From sequence record SRR20825006_1157: 20,000 nucleotides of DNA. One strand, written 5' to 3'. The position numbers and the translations under genes are program-made. Of this stretch, positions 17,261-20,000 are shown piece after piece. The notes under the pieces were generated by a model. The model was not told the DNA's origin. It worked only from the letters and a program-made list of their open reading frames with translations, and made no database searches. Within the stretch, counting starts at the first letter, position 1. Every line of letters begins with the position of its first letter.

Positions 17261-18205
17261 TTAATAGCCTTGAGCGGGGTCAACCACATGATCCAAGTGG
17301 CCATCCCGCTCATACTGGGCAATCTGCTTTGCCACCAAATTCACGCCCCCTTCAAATGAAGAAATCGCTGCAATATGTGGCGTGATGTAACAATTGTCCA
17401 AATCCCAGAGCGGGCTATCATTTGGCAAGGGCTCAGTTTTAAACACATCAAGGCTTGCTGCGCCCAAAGTGCCATCCTGAAGGCAGGCAGCCACCTCTTC
17501 TTCATTCTGATGCCCACCGCGTGCGGCATTGATGATCACCGGACCATGCGGCAGCACAGAACGGCGCAGCTTTTCAAAAGTCGCACGACACAAAATGTCC
17601 TGCGTATCTGGCGTTAAGGGCAGCAAATTCACCAATATGTCGGTGTTGGCCAAAAAAGTGTCAAACTCGTTGGCGCCTGCATAAGTCGTCACATTCTCAA
17701 TTTGCTTTTTGCTGCGGCTCCAGCCGTTCACCTGATAGCCGAGTAAGGCCAGTTTGTTCACGGCATCGGTGCCCAGCTGGCCAAGGCCCATCACCCCAAC
17801 ATGAATGTCGGTCGCTGGCGCGGGGTAATATTGGGTCCAATAATGTTTGCGCTGCTCAAATCGATAATGGGTCAGCTCGCGGTGGTGCATGCTCACATTG
17901 GCCACCACATAATCACTCATGCATTGCGTCAGCGTTTCGTCCACAAACCGTGTGATCGGCACACCTTTTGGCAAATGGGGATGCTTCAATATTGGGTCAA
18001 CGCCCGCGCCGAGCGAGAAAATCACCTCAAGATTTTCCAACCCATCAAACACATCATCGCGGGGTTTCCACACATATAGATATTTGATCTCTGTCGGATC
18101 AAACATATCGGCGGAGGTCACAACCTTTTGGTCTGGCATCTTCGCCCGAAACGCATCTGCCCACTCATTCTCATCAATGTTGCCCAAATGCACTAAAAGC
18201 GTCAT
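17261..18205 (-). CDS. ghrA: D-2-hydroxyacid dehydrogenase, glyoxylate/hydroxypyruvate reductase A-like (314 aa)
   Basis: IFSLGAGVD, Rossmann GVMGLGQLG, GWSRSKK, NLLPLTPDT, IINAARG, LDVFKTEPLP and ITPHIAA. Start at ATG 18205 with a GGAGG RBS. Confidence 0.88.
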   Translation of the reverse strand: MTLLVHLGNIDENEWADAFRAKMPDQKVVTSADMFDPTEIKYLYVWKPRDDVFDGLENLEVIFSLGAGVDPILKHPHLPKGVPITRFVDETLTQCMSDYVVANVSMHHRELTHYRFEQRKHYWTQYYPAPATDIHVGVMGLGQLGTDAVNKLALLGYQVNGWSRSKKQIENVTTYAGANEFDTFLANTDILVNLLPLTPDTQDILCRATFEKLRRSVLPHGPVIINAARGGHQNEEEVAACLQDGTLGAASLDVFKTEPLPNDSPLWDLDNCYITPHIAAISSFEGGVNLVAKQIAQYERDGHLDHVVDPAQGY

Positions 18206-18230
18206 GCCACGCCTCCAAATCTGTTGTGAA

Positions 18231-18266
18231 ATAAAAAAAGACCGCACCTTTATGGCACGGTCTTTT
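18231..18266 (-). terminator. Rho-independent terminator downstream of the cytochrome c gene
   Basis: On the minus strand: GACCGTGCC-ATAAA-GGTGCGGTC (two G.U pairs) followed by TTTTTTTAT. Confidence 0.8.
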
Positions 18267-18293
18267 CAATGCATTCAAGCGTTTACAGGCAGC

Positions 18294-19055
18294 TTAGTTG
18301 CTTGTGTCTTCGCTTGTTGTTTCTTCAGCGGCTGGAGCCTCTTCTTCGGTTGCAGCAGGTGCTTCCTCAACTGGGGCAGCTTCCTCTTCAACAGGGGCAG
18401 CCTCTTCAGTTGCAGGTGCTGCTTCTTCAGAAGTGGTTTCTTCTGTCATTTCTTCGGTTGAAGTCGCGTCAGCATTCACATCTTCTTCATCAACCACTGC
18501 AGCTTCTTCAGCAGCAGGGAATGGAACAGGATTAGCGTCCAATGTTTGCAAATAAGCCAACAAGTCAGCGCGATCAGTTTCTTTTCTCAAACCAGCAAAG
18601 CTCATCTTGGTGCCAGCGGCAAAGCCTTTTGGATCTTCCAAGAATGCGTTCAACGCTTCGTAAGTCCAAACTTGGCCTTCAGCGCCTTTAGCGGCCAAAT
18701 CGTCTGAATAGGTGAAGCCTTCATGCGCGCCGATGGTGCGGCCAACAATGCCATAAAGCCCTGGGCCAACTTTGTTTGCGCCACCTTCTTCAAAGCTGTG
18801 ACAAGCGGAACATTTTTTAACAACGTCCATGCCGTCTTCAGCAGAGGCTGCAACAAGCAGATCAGCCAACGGCACAGCTTCTTCTTCCACTTCAGCTACA
18901 GCAGCGCCGCCTTCTTCAGGCTCTTCCAATGTGTAGCCGCCGCCAGCGCCAGCATCAGTGTGGTAGATCGCCTCTGACAAAAAGCCAACGGCAAATACAA
19001 ACACTAGGGTGCCCAAAGCAGCCCCAAAAAATTTTTCCAGATCAATCCGATTCAT
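18294..19055 (-). CDS. cycM: Membrane-anchored class I cytochrome c (CycM/c552/cy-like) with an acidic C-terminal tail (253 aa)
   Basis: N-terminal TM helix, acidic linker, heme motif CSACH, NKVGPGLYGIVGR, WTYEALNAFL..PK, and axial Met in GTKMSFAG. Confidence 0.9.
   Translation of the reverse strand: MNRIDLEKFFGAALGTLVFVFAVGFLSEAIYHTDAGAGGGYTLEEPEEGGAAVAEVEEEAVPLADLLVAASAEDGMDVVKKCSACHSFEEGGANKVGPGLYGIVGRTIGAHEGFTYSDDLAAKGAEGQVWTYEALNAFLEDPKGFAAGTKMSFAGLRKETDRADLLAYLQTLDANPVPFPAAEEAAVVDEEDVNADATSTEEMTEETTSEEAAPATEEAAPVEEEAAPVEEAPAATEEEAPAAEETTSEDTSN
18321..18430 (-). repeat. Degenerate tandem repeat encoding EE(E/A)AP(A/V) units in the cytochrome c tail
   Basis: Encodes EEAAPAT-EEAAPV-EEEAAPV-EEAPAAT-EEEAPAA-EE, about five imperfect 18-21 nt units. 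Confidence 0.75.
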
Positions 19056-19273
19056 TGTTCAGCTTTCTCCGCGTCGCTTCCCCGCCAGCGACATATTCCG
19101 CCTGAGCCCATCTTTACGGTGAAAAGAGGGCTAAATTGATTCTGCACGCCATCATAAACGTGCTTTTGCGCGCGGACCTTATCCATAAGCCGCTTTTTGC
19201 GCAACTCCCTTATGGCTTTCTGCGACATTTCGCATGATATTTTCTCAAATTTCCAGCAATAATCGCCACTCAA

Positions 19274-19303
19274 TTGACTTCATGAATAAAAAAAATGAAT
19301 AGT
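19274..19303 (+). promoter_or_regulatory. Possible sigma70 promoter of pheA
   Basis: TTGACT (19274-19279), a 17-18 bp A-rich spacer, then GAATAGT; about 35 bp upstream of the ATG. Confidence 0.4.
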
Positions 19304-19337
19304 GCGCGGCGAAAAAACAAAAATTGAGGAAAAATCG

Positions 19338-20000
19338 ATGCTTAAAGTGGCGTTTCAAGGTGAGTTGGGGGCTTTCGGACATGCAGCGGTGCGCGCTACA
19401 TTTCCAAACGAACAAGAATTCCCTTGCACCACATTTGAGCAAACGGTTGCTGCGGTACAAAATGGCGATGCTGATTATGCCATGGTGCCAGTGGAAAACT
19501 CCCTCTATGGCCGCATCACGGATATTCACCATTTGCTGCCCGAAAGCGGGTTGAAAATCATTGGCGAATATTTCCACCGCGTGAATATGAATTTGCTGGG
19601 CGTAAAAGGCGCAACTCTTGAGGACATCAAGGAAGTGCAAAGCCTTTCCGTTGCCCTTGGTCAGTGCCGCAAATTCATCAAAGATCACAACTTGATCCCT
19701 GTAAACTCGGTTGATACCGCCGGATCAGCCCGCGAAGTCGCTGAACGTGGCGACAAAAGCCGCGCCGCCATCGCCTCAAAATTGGCTGGCGAAATCTATG
19801 GTTTGGATTTGATTGCCAGCGATATTGAAGATGAAGATCACAACACCACACGCTTTTTGATCATGTCGCGCGAGATGATTGAAGTGGACCCATCCAAACA
19901 TAAGGTGAAGACCACCTTTGTGTTCCGCGTGCGCAACGTTGCGGCTGCGCTTTATAAAGCCATGGGCGGGTTTGCCACCAACGGCATCAACATGACCAAG
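19338..20000 (+). CDS. pheA: Prephenate dehydratase, 3'-truncated by the window edge (not in the ORF track)
   Basis: Open frame from ATG 19338 (GAGGA RBS): MLKVAFQGELGAFGH...MVPVENSLYGRITDIHHLLP...ALGQC...DTAGSA...IEDEDHNTTRFLI...TTFVFRVRNVAAALYKAMGGFATNGINMTK, covering the PDT domain and the start of the ACT domain. Confidence 0.95.
   Translation, partial: MLKVAFQGELGAFGHAAVRATFPNEQEFPCTTFEQTVAAVQNGDADYAMVPVENSLYGRITDIHHLLPESGLKIIGEYFHRVNMNLLGVKGATLEDIKEVQSLSVALGQCRKFIKDHNLIPVNSVDTAGSAREVAERGDKSRAAIASKLAGEIYGLDLIASDIEDEDHNTTRFLIMSREMIEVDPSKHKVKTTFVFRVRNVAAALYKAMGGFATNGINMTK

Noticed and set aside
18298-18555. Ser/Ala-rich 85-aa ORF and Gln/Leu-rich 88-aa ORF on the + strand
   Set aside because: They are antisense shadows of the Glu/Ala-rich cytochrome c tail repeat and have no independent support.
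19136-19155. TTGAT half-site upstream of the cytochrome c gene as an FNR/FixK box
   Set aside because: There is no ATCAA at the required N4 spacing.
19245-19688. ORFs 19245-19688 (-) and 19324-19554 (+)
   Set aside because: They are antisense or out of frame to pheA, which starts at 19338.
1-20000. tRNA/rRNA, IS elements, prophage, CRISPR array or defence system
   Set aside because: No cloverleaf, transposase or integrase motifs, terminal repeats or regularly spaced repeats were seen. Nearly all sequence is accounted for by housekeeping and Tad genes.

Overview
This window is chromosomal DNA of an alphaproteobacterium. Gene content and CtrA-type boxes point to Hyphomicrobiales/Rhizobiales; a Devosiaceae-like assignment is inference only. 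From left to right: (1) the 3' part of a nucleoside-salvage operon (small conserved hypothetical, deoA, deoB, upp, lipocalin-like gene); (2) a convergent HAD hydrolase; (3) a Tad/Cpa (Flp, type IVc) pilus locus with divergent cpaI-like and two TadE/G-like pseudopilin genes, a 56-aa Flp pilin absent from the ORF track, cpaA, cpaB, cpaC, cpaE, cpaF, tadB, tadC and a convergent tadD; (4) an M17 leucyl aminopeptidase, a GhrA-like dehydrogenase, a membrane-anchored cytochrome c with a long acidic tail, and the 5' part of pheA. The main oddity is an in-frame TAG (9919-9921) in the secretin gene cpaC, 27 sense codons before what looks like its true end (TGA 10003-10005). This TAG lies in one arm of a perfect 9-bp inverted repeat. 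Also notable: no cpaD in the locus, no kdsB between the cytochrome c and pheA, and a repeated geometry of CtrA box + 11 bp + -10 hexamer in front of several pilus genes. No RNA genes, mobile elements or CRISPR arrays were seen.
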